Shown here: positions 1-13,301 of the stretch, in pieces | Position numbering within the stretch: the first letter of the stretch is position 1 | Layout: each line of letters starts with the position of its first letter | Origin: Tubulanus polymorphus | Lineage: Eukaryota > Animalia > Nemertea | Assembly: GCF_964204645.1 (NCBI RefSeq) | Contig: NC_134028.1 | Location: 24,114,345-24,178,344, forward strand | DNA: 64,000 nt | Direction of reading: 5' to 3' | Translations under genes and position numbers: made by a program | The notes under the pieces: generated by a model | Told to the model about the DNA's origin: nothing | Databases searched by the model: none | The model's input: only the letters and a program-made list of their open reading frames with translations

Positions 1-240
1 CCCGTTTTTCGATCGAAGCCGCGATCTCGGGTCGTCGTAGCCCGAAGGAATTCGAATGCATCTTCTTTAAACGTCGTCACACGTTACGAAAATGGCATTA
101 ACAAATCGCGTATTATGCAAAATCAGTCGACGATGCGGCAAAAAGATTAGATTCTACGCCGAACTATTTCAGCGAACGTCCTAAGGGTGAATTATTCTAA
201 GAAGCTTGTTCTGGTAGAATACACGGAGAAAAGAATTACA

Positions 241-572
241 AGCCCCGCTCATACGGAGACGATTTGGACCATGAAACTGGCCCGGACCAAAGCCAGAATC
301 AAATTTGAACTGTACCTAATTAGAGAGCGGGTTCACATGAAACCTCACTCACTCACTACTACTAAAATACTATCAAAATGATGCTGTTGCAAGTGAGTCA
401 CTTCCAGGACTGCTAAGCATTTACACCCAAAAAATTTGATCCCAGCTAAAATTTGACATGGGCCGCTTCTCATGGTGGTCGGGCCCGATGAGGACCCATT
501 TGTCACCAGCGTGAACAGTCGGCCCAAAAGCACGGGCCCATTTGACACCCATGTCAACAGTTGTTCCGGGCC
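241..572. mobile_element. MITE family A, degenerate copy
   Basis: Shares tggcccgg, cactcactc, aagtgagtcacttcc and gtgaacag blocks with 10659-10969. Confidence 0.7.
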
Positions 573-1111
573 TTAGTTGGCACAACAGGCCAAAAATACC
601 CATGTGGTAGTTGTGGCTATTACCTGAATGGTAAAAAAAACTACATGATTTCACTGAAAATACCAAACAAATTATTGGTAATAAGCAATGATGAAAATAC
701 CAAACAAATTAATGGCGATAAGCAATGAAAAAATTGCTGAACGGTGGAAGTTCTTCACCACGGTACACATTGAACAATGGCTGCTGCTGCTGTTGTGTTG
801 TTTGTAAGTTACTGATCTTCTCGGATTCTCGGTGAATTCTCTTCCCGGAAGAAAATGAAGATAAATACGGCGTTGAACTTCGAGTCATTGATTTATTGAC
901 GACGTCCCGTGACAGAATCGGACTCGCACAAATCTGATCAATCAACTAACGACACGATGACGCACTAGACAGAAAAACCTGCACAGATGATCCACCTCAC
1001 AATACGAGCTCTATCGCTGAAATCCAGAATCTAAGAATGTCAATCAATCATTGAAGTCTTAGGTCAAAATACCGTCAGTCTGGAGTATCAGTGAGGTGCG
1101 AGGTGTTACTA

Positions 1112-1430
1112 AAGCCGTGAGGCGATTTTGGCCCGGTTCAAACTGGCCCGGATCAGGAGTCAAATGTGCAAGGAGTGTGCTGTAGTCAAAGAGTGCGTTT
1201 ACACGTAATCCACTCACTCAATACTAAAACCATTCACTCAGTCACTAAAATGCTATCAAAACGATGCTGCCACAAGCGAAGTGAGTCACTTCAAGAACCA
1301 GTTAGCATTCACACGAAATAAGTGGACCTGTGCTAAAATTTGGCACGGGCCTGGTGCGACGTTTTGGGTCGTACCAAATTTGGCTTGCGTCGAACAGGCA
1401 CAAACCTTGGCACCAATGTAAACGGTTTGA
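1112..1430. mobile_element. MITE family A, degenerate copy
   Basis: Collinear with 241-572 and 21677-21950. Confidence 0.7.
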
Positions 1431-3632
1431 AGCCTCGTTAGATATGCCCCTGTTATCTAAAACACTTGAATAGAAAAACCTATTGCATCCAATCACTGGG
1501 TATCATACCTAATTTCATAAACATTCGAAAAACCAATACTGCAGAATCATTTGAAATTACCTGCCATAACATCATAACAGTTTCACATCAAATCTACATT
1601 TTAGGAATCAACATACCTTTTTCGCGGGCATAGTTAATATCTGATCATCAAATATTTGCCGACAACAAAAACGCGCGACCACAAAACGAACGGCCAGCCA
1701 TTGTCAATTAATGGACCGTCACCATGGTGACCTTAATTGAAGCGAAAACAGTGGACGTGTGGGGCAAGTTAAAATCGTTGTTCGTCCCCCTTCGAGAATT
1801 CGTTAACCGATAATACAACATCGATCAGTTCATTCATCAAACCTCCCGTCGTCCGATGCAACAGTTCTTCTACTTAATCTAATCAGCGTTTACTATACCA
1901 GACGGAACTCTGTCCGCAGGGACCCAGCCGGACCGGGCCTGAAAAAATATGTTCATTATCTAAAAGCCCACAGACTTTTCCGAGTTAGGATTTTTACTGA
2001 TGATAGAATGTATATCCAGAGAGTTCTGGAGCCGGTGCCTCGTCCAATAGCAAGTTCAGAAACAGCACTGGAAATTATCTCTACAACTGTGTTCACACTA
2101 TTATCGGTTATTCTAATATCGAGAGAATCCTGCAATCATAATGAAAATATATGAACTTCGAAAAAGTTCAGGGAGGTTTATTCCAATTTCATCGGTATCT
2201 GAAACAAACTTATTTAGAACGGGTCAAATCAAAGTCCGTTTCAGAATGGACTAATTATAGACCAAATAAAAAGACTTATCAAGCTCCGTTCTGAATTTTA
2301 GAAACTTTTGCGCGACTCCGTTCTCAGTATTTCAATGAGGAATTCTCCGCTACTTCATTCTATAATCCTGAAATAAGATCGGTCATTTCTTCATCATCGC
2401 GAATTATCTAATAATATTCCTATCCATTCGTGTTCAACACAGTTTGAATTGAGTCCATTCTCTCCCCCCCCCCAATCTTTGATACAGTGCAATGTCGATG
2501 AATTTGATTATTTGGATTGATTGAACTACTGGTCCGAGTTATAATTTAATCACTATTTCTAAATCGTGCGTTAGTATTAATGACACAGGAACAGGTGCTT
2601 AAACTAGCACTATAGAGATACATTGGACTTATTGACAACTGGTCAATTACGAACCAATTTGCAAGTATAATACTTCAATTGGCTAATGATGGCCACTTTG
2701 CATTTATAATTCTATTTTGTTGGAGGAAACACGATAACGAAGGGCTTCATTTGGTTCTCTTGTGTATAAGTTGCAATTAGTCGACAACGCTTAGGATTCA
2801 AGGAGATTGCCGTAATGAATGAGATTAGATTAGAGCCATTCGGTCTTAGAATGCTTCATTTTCATTGCTTCTAAGTATCGGAAGAAATCCGGAACGTTGA
2901 CAGACGGCATGAACTTTTAGCAGACGGAGAGTCACTTTTCATTACAGAGGTTCCTTTCTAACATGTCAAAGCTTGAAATAACCAAAAACTCTTTCAGCTA
3001 GAACGACTAATTCAATACCTACCTGATTTGCTAGTTGAGGTTAATTTACAGATATTTGATTTCTACAATTTCTAAAAGTTATGAAGTTAATTTTTACCTG
3101 TTAAAAGCACGTCGAGCTAAATTACTATCTATCCATGATACGATAATTTTTATCATAGCAGTTATGCTTTTTAATATTGAATCTATATGAATTGTTCGCA
3201 TTGTTAGTAATGGACAGTCCTATCATCTAGACACGTATATTTGAAGGAGGTGAAATTCGGAAAACATCGGAACAAACGAAGGCTGTTAGTGCAATGAAAT
3301 GTTTAACGAGAATTAAAAGTAATTAATGCCAAAACGAAACAAACACCGAAATAATGAATATATTCAACCATGGCAGCATTCATGATCTTTATACCTAAAC
3401 ACTGGCAGTGAAAGAAAGATACCTAGCAAATTAATGAAATAAATCAGTAACTCCATGCAGCAATCCGTCCATATAGTGGGGGGGTCATTCTACAACCAGT
3501 ACAGTTTTGGGGGGCGAAAAAACGACGTGCGAATTATTTGTTGTATACATCATGCACAGCTCGGTGGTGAGAGATATTCATGCAAAAAACAGCCACAAGG
3601 CGGCAGCATTCCCGGTGCATCAAATATGCATC

Positions 3633-3635
<3 letters not shown>

Positions 3636-3720
<85 letters not shown>
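3636..3720. repeat. (TA)n microsatellite
   Basis: Direct. Confidence 0.98.
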
Positions 3721-3726
<6 letters not shown>

Positions 3727-4439
3727 CAAAATGTGTTAAAATAGGTTTAATCCACATTGCACCCCTACAACAACGAAGTCTAAAATGTTCAATTGATTTC
3801 CACTCCGTAGAGATTATTAAGGGTAACATGCGATGATCGTGATAAAACGTTGGGACTGAACTCCGATGGTAGTGGTAGAAGTAGTTGTACTAGTAGCTGA
3901 AAAGAGCTGTTTTTCGTTTTTTTTTTGTTAATAATGTTTCGAACATGCAACATATACAATACAAGAACATGCGCGAATCCATTCCAGGCCGATGAACTCG
4001 AAAGTCCACGGCGTTCCCGAATGGATCAATTCTAAAGCGAAGAACAACGCATCCGCCATCTATCAGATATCATCAGAACTAGATCATCGATTTAGCCCTT
4101 TTTTATTTTGCAAATCGGATAAACTTCAATAACAGTCCCACTATGAACATATCTGTATACATTCTATTGAATTAAGCAGGAATATGAAACTTATTTTTTA
4201 TATGAAGGGATATATAGTGCTTAAGCTTATCATTTAGAAGCACTGAAAAATGACAGAATCTGGTGTTTGTCATGTGATCTTAGCTTTTATATGTATATTA
4301 TCAAAACCTTATTGGTTGACATTATGTTTCTATGGATAAGCTACGCAGATCAAATTCAAAATCGGAAAAAAGTTTTTGCAGCTGGACTTTGGACAGTGAA
4401 TCATGGAACACTCCTGATATATCCTAACTGTACAGCATC

Positions 4440-4512
4440 AGTTCACTGGGGTTTGAACCCACCAACCACCTCGCGGTGGTGAGTCAAACGAGCTATCCTG
4501 CCGAGAAGGCGC
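4440..4512 (-). mobile_element. Degenerate tRNA-derived SINE head
   Basis: Minus strand ctcggcaggatag...gtgggttcaaaccc, resembling the 56282 head. Confidence 0.4.
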
Positions 4513-7500
4513 ATTGGTAGTTCACAGCAAGGAAACGTCAGTAGCAGCTGCGATAGATAAAAATAAATCAATAATCCATAGAAATAAACAAAGTTGGAAC
4601 AAAATGTAGTCACAACTTTACGCGTCGGTCATAGTTAACACAAAATTATTGAAAGATCCTATCAATGGATTATTCGTAATACTGACAGGCCATTCAAATC
4701 AAACCAAAGATCAGCGTGATTGAAAGATCGATTTACTGCGATACGGCTGTACGGAAATACTGATAGATGGCGCCGCGGTTTCGTTTTGAAAGATACTTTG
4801 AACAGCGGCTACTTACTTACATGACGACTGAACGGTACATCTTAACACCTGTGCAACAACCAAAATGACAACTTATTCATCCAATAAACAAAACAGTTAC
4901 AAACGCACAAATACGAATACGAATACGTATATTCAATTGAGGATATAAAAAGTAAAGTAAACACCTAGAAACCCCCTGAAGCGACAACAAAGTATCACGA
5001 TTTTCACGATCGTAATAAAAGATGCGCATGCAAAAATCACAAAATGCCAAACGATATTCGTGAACAAACAAATTAGCCACATTTGATAAGAAACCTCGAT
5101 GAAAATTTTGATTCCCATTTTCTTAAAGTCATCCATAACCAAGTATATATGTCTTTTTAGACTTTCACACCTTACTAATCACGTAGCAGATACTATGATC
5201 ACGTGTCTGATGAAGAGTAATTAATGAGAGTAATGAAAAACTTTTCATAACTTCGTCATTTATTACGATTCTCATTTTCATCACCTGGGAATCGTTAACG
5301 TATCGTAAAAACGCTGCGCGCGCCGCCGTATTTCGGATATCCCCGACTGATCGCGTCGAGAGCCTATTTATAACCGATATAGCACTTTTTGATGGGCTAG
5401 TCGCGGTTTCATTTACGAGTTCCCTCAATTCCCTCGGCCCCCGAAATTACAACGGCGTTGATATCCCCGGATAGGCCGGGATCAGCTGGCGTGAAATGAT
5501 TTTTGATGCGGCGAACGTAGCACGTATGGTATCACGTTGTTCTTCCAGTTGGTCGCGTACTCGTTTATTATCACATCCAATCAAACGTCTGCTAATAGCG
5601 CGGTATTCACTCCTCAAGAATTTCTTTCGAACAGCATTTCTTTACCGCGAGTTTACATTCATGATACATCGCATCAGAGACAGCAGTTAAAAAGGTGATT
5701 TAATAACATTTTCCTCCCACCCCCCACAATACTCTCCCCCTCCCCTGGAAGCCATGGACCACATATCTGCATTAATTTTAAAATAATGCAACACTGCAGT
5801 CAATGGCATCATTATCATCATTCCTGCCATATCAGTTTTGTTGCAGGGAGTAGAATCATGCGAACTTGAAACTTTGCCAAGCGATGTATCATTGCACTGG
5901 CTTTATATCTGCAACAACACATCTCGATTAAAATATCTGTTCTTGTTGGATAAGTTGATCCAAAATCATCGTCCATGTATTCAGCACCCCCTGGTGGTGG
6001 CCAAATCAAATCATGCGCCCTCGAAAAATTTGCGCGTTAAAATGATGAAGATTGTCGAGAAACGCTGCGATATTAACCCCTGCTCTTCATTCCGCTCGGA
6101 CGGGATAATGTATGACCTCGGGTGGATTGCATATCATATCATAGCGTAATCATTTTTCAGGCATGATCGTCGTTGTTTGAGAGGTTTGATCGTAAAAGGA
6201 TCCACACGGATGGCTAGAGCAAACACTGTCTATGAATCGATGTTCGATGCAGCAGTACTCTCTCCATCTCTCTCCATCTCGATTGTGTCACCATCTACAA
6301 AACCATCTTTGATGCGCTCGTGTACGTTTCTTTTTGATGTCTGATGTAGCGGAGGAATTCTTATACTCCCCGATACGTACAAGGATTGCGCACAATTACA
6401 GATCATTTGACACAGGACGGGAGATACGCATAGTTTTCCGATGACACGACCGACCGATGAAATTCGCCAGACGGATTTCGATCTTTTTTTTTCGACACCG
6501 AAATGCGCTAAAGATGATTCAGAGACGAGAACATCCTCGTCGTTATTTATCACAAGGTGTAATTCTAAACCGTCTTCAGTTGTGAGTCAGATCATCGTCG
6601 GTCGTTTCGCGAATGAAACGATTGAATTGTATAAATCTTTCAGCTATTTCCATTTGGATAATTGTTTTTGCATAATTCATGGTTAGAATTCAAGAGAAAA
6701 GACCTATTACAATATAGCGGTCTTTCCGCCCATTTACATACAATGTAGGCCTATATGCGATGAATCTAATTGTTGTTATATAAACAGTTAAAAAGCATAT
6801 TAAATATGTCACCATATGAAAACTCTTCACAGCTGCAATATTCTTAGATATCATATAATATATACCTAATCGATAAATTCCCCCATTCAAAATAAAAAAT
6901 AACGGCAAATCTGCTAGCTCGAAAACAATATCAAAGAGAAAATAATTCAACTTAAACAATATAGCCCGAAGATGACTTCATCAATTCGTTATACATATAT
7001 CGGCTTTTAATGAAATTTTCCGATAATCATCAATGGTTGTTTGTGCGCATCATAAAAATATTACCGACAGCGATAAGTATTTTTTTCAAGAATAGGGTGG
7101 GGACCCTTTATTTCATCCCGAAAAATGAATTATGGAAGAGACGCTTCGAATGTATGAATGTGTAGATATGTTCAGTAAGAAAGGCATCAGTGCTGAAGAC
7201 AGTGGGTTGGATGATTGACGCAGCATTGTTCTGATAGACACTTACCCGCAACACGTGCATCCTACTTCGGGTATCAATCATAACAAAATGAGTAAAAACC
7301 TAATCCCAATGATGTCATTCGAGTAAATATGCCGTATTTTTGAACGTCGTATGTCCGTGTCGCGTATTCCCTCAGTTTACAATGATCTGTTCCATTGATC
7401 ACTCCGTCACTCTGTCCTATGCGTACCATGTGCGCACATGTGGTCGAGGCGTTCGCGGATATTCGTATGATTCGATCGATTTTACGATGATGTCCCGAGC

Positions 7501-8791
7501 GTTAAAATAACTGAAACAGCTGAACTCAATCGGTATCGCCGGTGCAGTGAGCATCTGTTATACCTGCCTCGAAAGATTTCAAATCCTTCTTCGGATAATC
7601 TACAAAGTAACGTTGTTTGCTAGTATTTTCTGTGGTTGGAGGGAAGTACATTTTAGTGAGTTCATTTTTGTGAAAGCGGAACTGCCACTCATTGCGGAGA
7701 TTCTAGAAGGCATTTTGGGGGCCCAATATAATGGTTCTCCAAATTTCTCTTTCTTGGGGGGAGAGTTCACGTGAACCATGCTACATCCCACATAGTTTTA
7801 GGGCTGTATGACTTGTGGTTGCACGAAATGGTTCTATATAATGGCCTCAAAAGGTGTAATAATTAAGAAGCCAAAACCAATACTGCAATAGAACTAATCC
7901 ACTTGTGACACAGGTTGAGGTTGCATTTGCCTGAAATAGGCTCTTGGAGAAAATTTCTGAAAATTTCAAGAATTGTTGCTAATCAAATAATACCTGGTGA
8001 CTCGAACGTCGTTAGACTTGTTTTTAAACAGCAAAAACATGTAAACATCAAGCGCTTCAGCGACTTATTGCGCGAGTTTAAATTTCAAATTAGCGATTTC
8101 GGATTCTCGACGTTTTCGCATCAAAGCGCGCAGCTAGAACGACGACGGCTAAAATGAGACAAGCCGCCTAATTTTTTCACTTCATTAGACCCCGCGAGAC
8201 AGACTCGAGGGAGAGACTGCGGAAAAACATCAATCCACATGGAAAACAAAGTCGGAACAATTTCTAGGTCATCATTGATCGACGACCCGTTATATCCCAG
8301 ATTTTGGACAGGTGCGATGACGAGAACAGATTCAGTTTGGGGATGCCTATCTGGGTTAAAAATGATTCCTACTGAATCTAGATCCTAGTATATGACATAA
8401 GACGGCTATTTGAATCGCATTACGACCCCCGTACTGCTTGATTCCCCAGCGGTTGTTAATAAAATATTCCTATGAAACTTTATTGAATTGTTGGAACAGA
8501 TGTCGTCAGTGGTAGTCCCGCAATAGCATTTGATCCGAGCTAGCAAATAGATTCAATTTGTGCAGCTAGATATATAGAATTCAATTAAGGTGGTGCTCGC
8601 GATATACATTACAGACTATATGATTAAACTGGCAGAGACTCGGCGCACAATAACACAGTTTCCTTTTGAACATCCACAATCACCACCGCAGTGGTTCACC
8701 GGGGAGGGATTCAGCCTCATTTTCTGAATACTGCTCAGTCCAATAACATAGCAACACATTTCAACATTTTACTGGCCCCATTTACAATCTA

Positions 8792-9140
8792 GGGCCAGTT
8801 ACTCAAAATTAAGTTTAAGTTAACCAGTGGATAGTTGACATCGTGACAATTTAAAGTTCAGGACCCAGTTCCACAGTTGTGAGTTAAGATTTGACCCTGA
8901 GTTAAAACATTGAAAATGAACTAATTTTAACTCAGAGTTAACTCTAACTCACAACTGTGGAACTGGATCCAGGACCCAGTTCCACAGTTGTGAGTTAGAG
9001 TTAACTCTGAGTTAAGATGAGTTCATTTTCAATGAGTTAACTCAGGGTCAAATTTCAACTCTGAACTGTGGAACTGGACCCAGTGCTATTATGGTATTTA
9101 TCCGCTGGTTATCTTTAACCAACTATTGAACAACTGGCCC
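8792..9140. mobile_element. Harbinger-like MITE family C containing two inverted family B MITEs (8862-8969, 8973-9080)
   Basis: Host TIR gggccagtt / aactggccc; inserts bounded by CAG triplets at 8859, 8970 and 9081; uninterrupted host copy at 41742-41870. Confidence 0.85.
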
Positions 9141-9350
9141 CAGAACATTTGTGGCGACATCATATCTAATTCTCCACGCATCTAAAATAAGGGGATCTTT
9201 TTATAATTGAGTTTTTTTCACCAATGAGTATTGCTCAAGTAGTAATGATGATAGGTTGGATCTGTTTTAGAAATGAGTAGAAAAATACTTAGACTGTTAA
9301 TACACCCACACATCAACAGATCTATAAAGACTTACTAGCAGCAAGTATAA

Positions 9351-9696
9351 GGCTGGTTTTCCACGAGACGTGGAGGCGGGGACGGGCGTTGCGTTTCCAC
9401 AAAACGGGCAGACGGCGGAAATTATTGCGCGGTGTTTCGAGTCTTCGCTGCAGCGGGGCCGGTTTCCGATTTCATCACATTTCGAGAAATGTCTGCGCTC
9501 TCCGTGTTACATCGAGGTATTCTTGACATCCGGGGTTTAAACGATACCACGCGGGCAGCAAGCAGGTGCAGGCAGAGCGATTGGGAAAAAACCGTCCGCG
9601 CTTTCCACCCGTTCCACAGCCACACCCACAGAGTGGAAACACAGCTTAGGGGAAATATGTGGGATCGATTTTTGTTTTTTTAATGGAAAACCAGTC
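9351..9696. mobile_element. GC-rich MITE with TIR GGCTGGTTTTCCA, flanked by TAA/TTA (Harbinger-like)
   Basis: taa|ggctggttttcca ... tggaaaaccagtc|tta. Confidence 0.6.
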
Positions 9697-10658
9697 TTAC
9701 GAGTGTTTGAAATTATGGGTTCGAAGAAAACATCTAAGGGATCAATTCTTTAAAAAAAAAAAAAAAAAATATTCAAATATTGGCTGGAAAAGCTTTCGAA
9801 GCGATGATTATGTAACTGCTTCTGTTGATTATCGTTTCTGTCGATCGTTTCTAATAAGCTTATCTCGAAAAAACACCGTCTGCTCGCGACGACGGATTGA
9901 ACATCTCCGACGCTTCTTAAGACCGATCTAAGTAGACATCTTATTCCATCACCGGATTCATACCCAGTTTAGCATTTATCTAATAAGGCGTGAACGCTTA
10001 GCGAGATCGCATACACGTTCACAGTACAACCGAGTGTTCGCTTGAATGACTCGTACAGTAAGTGCAAAGTTTTCATCGTCGTCGTCGTCCGCGCTGAAAT
10101 CGATGTGCTACGTCAAGATGGAGTTATGAAGCAGCAGCAACGAAAAAAAAAAGAAAACAATATCGGACGACGATAATGATATCAATTGCGATGGCCATGT
10201 GTGGTATCAGCCGTATCGTGGTCAATATTTCGAAAGATTGATTCTCGGTGATGTGGATTGCGATCGTTTTGGCCGAGCGGTCGCGCGCGGGTGATGATCG
10301 CTGTCACGCTATGATCTTATTTCCATTTCCGGATATTGACCGGTGATGAGCAAAAAAACAAAGAACCGGTCGAATGTAAGATGAATGTCCCGACGCAGGC
10401 GGTGGAAATCTGTCCATCAGTATTCTATGAAAGGAAATGATTTCCGGTTTTGTTACTCGATAAGACTTAAAGTCCGACAGTATCAAGCGGCGATCACGCT
10501 TCATAATCTAGAACGTTCTAAATCTAAGCCGTTCCAATTTAGTACGGACCAAACATATCGCATTAGCAAAATTAGTCCGTTCTCAATCAGCCCGTTCCAT
10601 TTCAAATTTTTCAGGCCTCTCTAAATTATAGAATGGACCATTTCTGTGCGCAAATATA

Positions 10659-10969
10659 AGCCGCGATCACACGAGCATTTTTGGCCCGGGACAACTGTTC
10701 ACACGGGTGCCAAATGGGCCCGAACCTGTTTGGCCCGACAAAAAACGTCGGACCAGGCCCGAGTTTAATTTTAGCACCAGACAAATGATTGCGTTTGAAT
10801 TGCGACTGGCACCGGAAATGATCCACTTTGCTTTGTTTGAGCATTGTTGAGTATCAAGTGAATGGTTTGCGTGTGAACGCGCTTTCTAATTAGGCATGGG
10901 CCAAATTTGGCCCAAGTCTGATCCGTGCCAATTTGGCCCGAGCCAAATCTTCTCCGTGTGATCGCAGCT
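10659..10969. mobile_element. MITE family A (~300 bp, TIR AGCCGCGATCACACG), best-preserved copy; PIF/Harbinger-like
   Basis: TIRs agccgcgatcacacg / cgtgtgatcgcagct, with ata/tta flanks; internal atttggccc and gtgaacag motifs shared with about ten other copies in the window. Confidence 0.85.
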
Positions 10970-12515
10970 TTAAACTTACAATCAATCAATATATTGCTGC
11001 CTCCAGCTGGACCAGCAATAACACCTGATTTAAAAACGCGCGTCAACGCACTGCATTAATTTGGTCCCTTCTAAATCGGTCCATTCCGGGTATGAGCCAA
11101 ATTAGGAAGGACTAACCGGTGATAGTGTGAACCCCAGGCAGTGTCAGCCGGTCCTACAACAGCAATCTTAAGAAATTCAAATAACATATTCTGCGAAGGT
11201 TCGTGACAGCTCAGATCAAAGCGTATTCAATCATACCTCGGGACAGAATTCAGAAGAAGCAAGGCTTTAGCATGTCCCAATATATACATTAAGTCTGTCG
11301 AGGATATCGTCAAACATATCATTAATTTGATTCATTACCGGAGATTAGTTCTACTAGTTTTCAAGCGTCGTGTTCTCGAAACTAATGTTTTTCGCGTCAG
11401 AGCCTCGGGACACGATCCGACCTTCACTGCCTCAGGAAGATGCGACGAGCTTAAAATGCTTTTTATGATCGCCGAAGAATAAATCGAAATTTGTAAACCG
11501 TTACACCGAGATATTTCGAGTGCTCGTGACTCTAAATAATGGCGCGTACGGCTTTCTAGCTCTAGACGATAGGGTTCATTAGGTTTAGATTTAATAGGGG
11601 AAGGACACAAAGTCGTCACCAAAAGCGAGTCGAGCTAATGATTCAACCGAGGGTTATTAATCCGACATGTTTCAGATCGATCGAACTCACAGTAATAAAC
11701 GTCATCGAGTTCGAAGTTATCTTCTCGATCCGGTGAAAATGGACGACGCGCTAGTCACCCCCGTTATATTGTCCCATTGGTTCGTATAACTTATTTAGCC
11801 AAATTGTATAAATGGCTTCACAACGAATTCGGCGTCGCTGAAAATAAGATTACAATCCGCGGCCTCTGATCGAAGTGAATGGGCTAAACGCAATCAAAGA
11901 CTCCGAGAATTGAATTAAACAACGACTCTCGCGCGCGCCTGTCGCTGGTTTTTATATCGATCAGTCGACTTCACCCCGATACCAATCACGTTATCACGAG
12001 TCCAAATACGACAAAAACAAGAGACCGCTGCTTTTGAAGGATGACAAGAAAGAAAGAACCAACGGAATCTTAAAGATCTTAATCCTCAAACTACTAATAC
12101 ATTGGTTTATAAACGTAGATATCAGACGGAGAGAGAACACTACAATAAACTAAGTTGGCCTAACAGTAAAGATAGGATTGTGCATTCGTAAAGTGCCTTG
12201 TAAAAATTAGAAATGTTTCAAGATGTCCATCAAATAAATGTAATTCCAATTCCAGAATTGTCGAAAAGCTAAAGATATATTTCTAGTATTTTTGGAATCA
12301 ACCGTTTTAGTCATTCAACAATTGTGGAATTTTACATTCGTTGTCATCACGGATATTGTGATATTACTGATTCCTGTCGGGAGAGTCAGTATAGAGGAAG
12401 GAGTAGTGAACACCACACAATGGTTGCAGCTGGGGCTTAGATATAATCGTATAAATCTCGATTAAATGTTTACTTTTTTACATTGATTATCTAATAACAA
12501 AATCTGAATATCTAC

Positions 12516-12548
12516 CTTGGTATCGTTTACATCCGGGGAGCCGCGAAC
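12516..12548 (-). CDS. Candidate 33-nt microexon (VRGSPDVNDTK in phase 0)
   Basis: Strong acceptor tttttttcatttctatttttgcag and donor AAG|gtagat; length is a multiple of 3; same phase as the 45883 donor. Confidence 0.4.
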
Positions 12549-13100
12549 CTGCAAAAATAGAAATGAAAAAAAAGATGAGACAATGAATGGAGATATTAAG
12601 CGCGAGAAACCTCACGATGAGGGTAGGTCAAAATTATACATAGTTTCTGAGCAGGATGAATAAGTAGAAGATCCTATAATAAGAACATTTCATCCTTTTT
12701 TCTGGACTTATTGCAGAACTTTCCCCGTGACAATGATGGCTGCGGGTGAAAAATCGAGCGTCGGTCATATTGAACCAGATCACATTATCATTGCAACAGG
12801 ATTCGGCTTTTTAAACATTAAGCCCGCGGATCTAAGATGGATGCGCTCGGTGATCGGCGATCAATCATATTCCGTTCATTTGTGACAGTGCCACGAAATT
12901 AACGGTAAGGAGGCCTTTTCCGGGGCTTACGTCGGCCAATTTATCATTCGGGGCATCGAGCAATATAGTTATGGATGGTGCGGTTGTTAGTCAACAATGC
13001 CGCAACGTCAAATGGCAAAAGGGCTGCACCGAAACCAGTAAGCAGATGGAACAGGATTAGTTATACGCTGTAACTGATTATAACAGCAATGTCGCAATAA

Positions 13101-13301
13101 GGAAGATGTCAACAATATTCTTCACTCAATGCATATTAATGAACTCGGCGATATAACAGAACAGAACATTTCTTTAACCAAAAATATCAGTATGAATTTA
13201 ATGCGGGAGGAAGATGGTAACAAAATTGTATGCTCAATGCATATTGATGAACTTGGTGATATAAAAAGAACTGAACATTTTCCATTTCAAAAACATCAGT
13301 A
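13101..13301. repeat. Diverged 108-bp tandem duplication
   Basis: ggaagatg..ctcaatgcatatt.atgaact.gg.gatataa..gaacattt at 13101 and 13209. Confidence 0.75.

Noticed and set aside
3455-3836. YIYI-repeat ORFs
   Set aside because: Translations of the (TA)n microsatellite.
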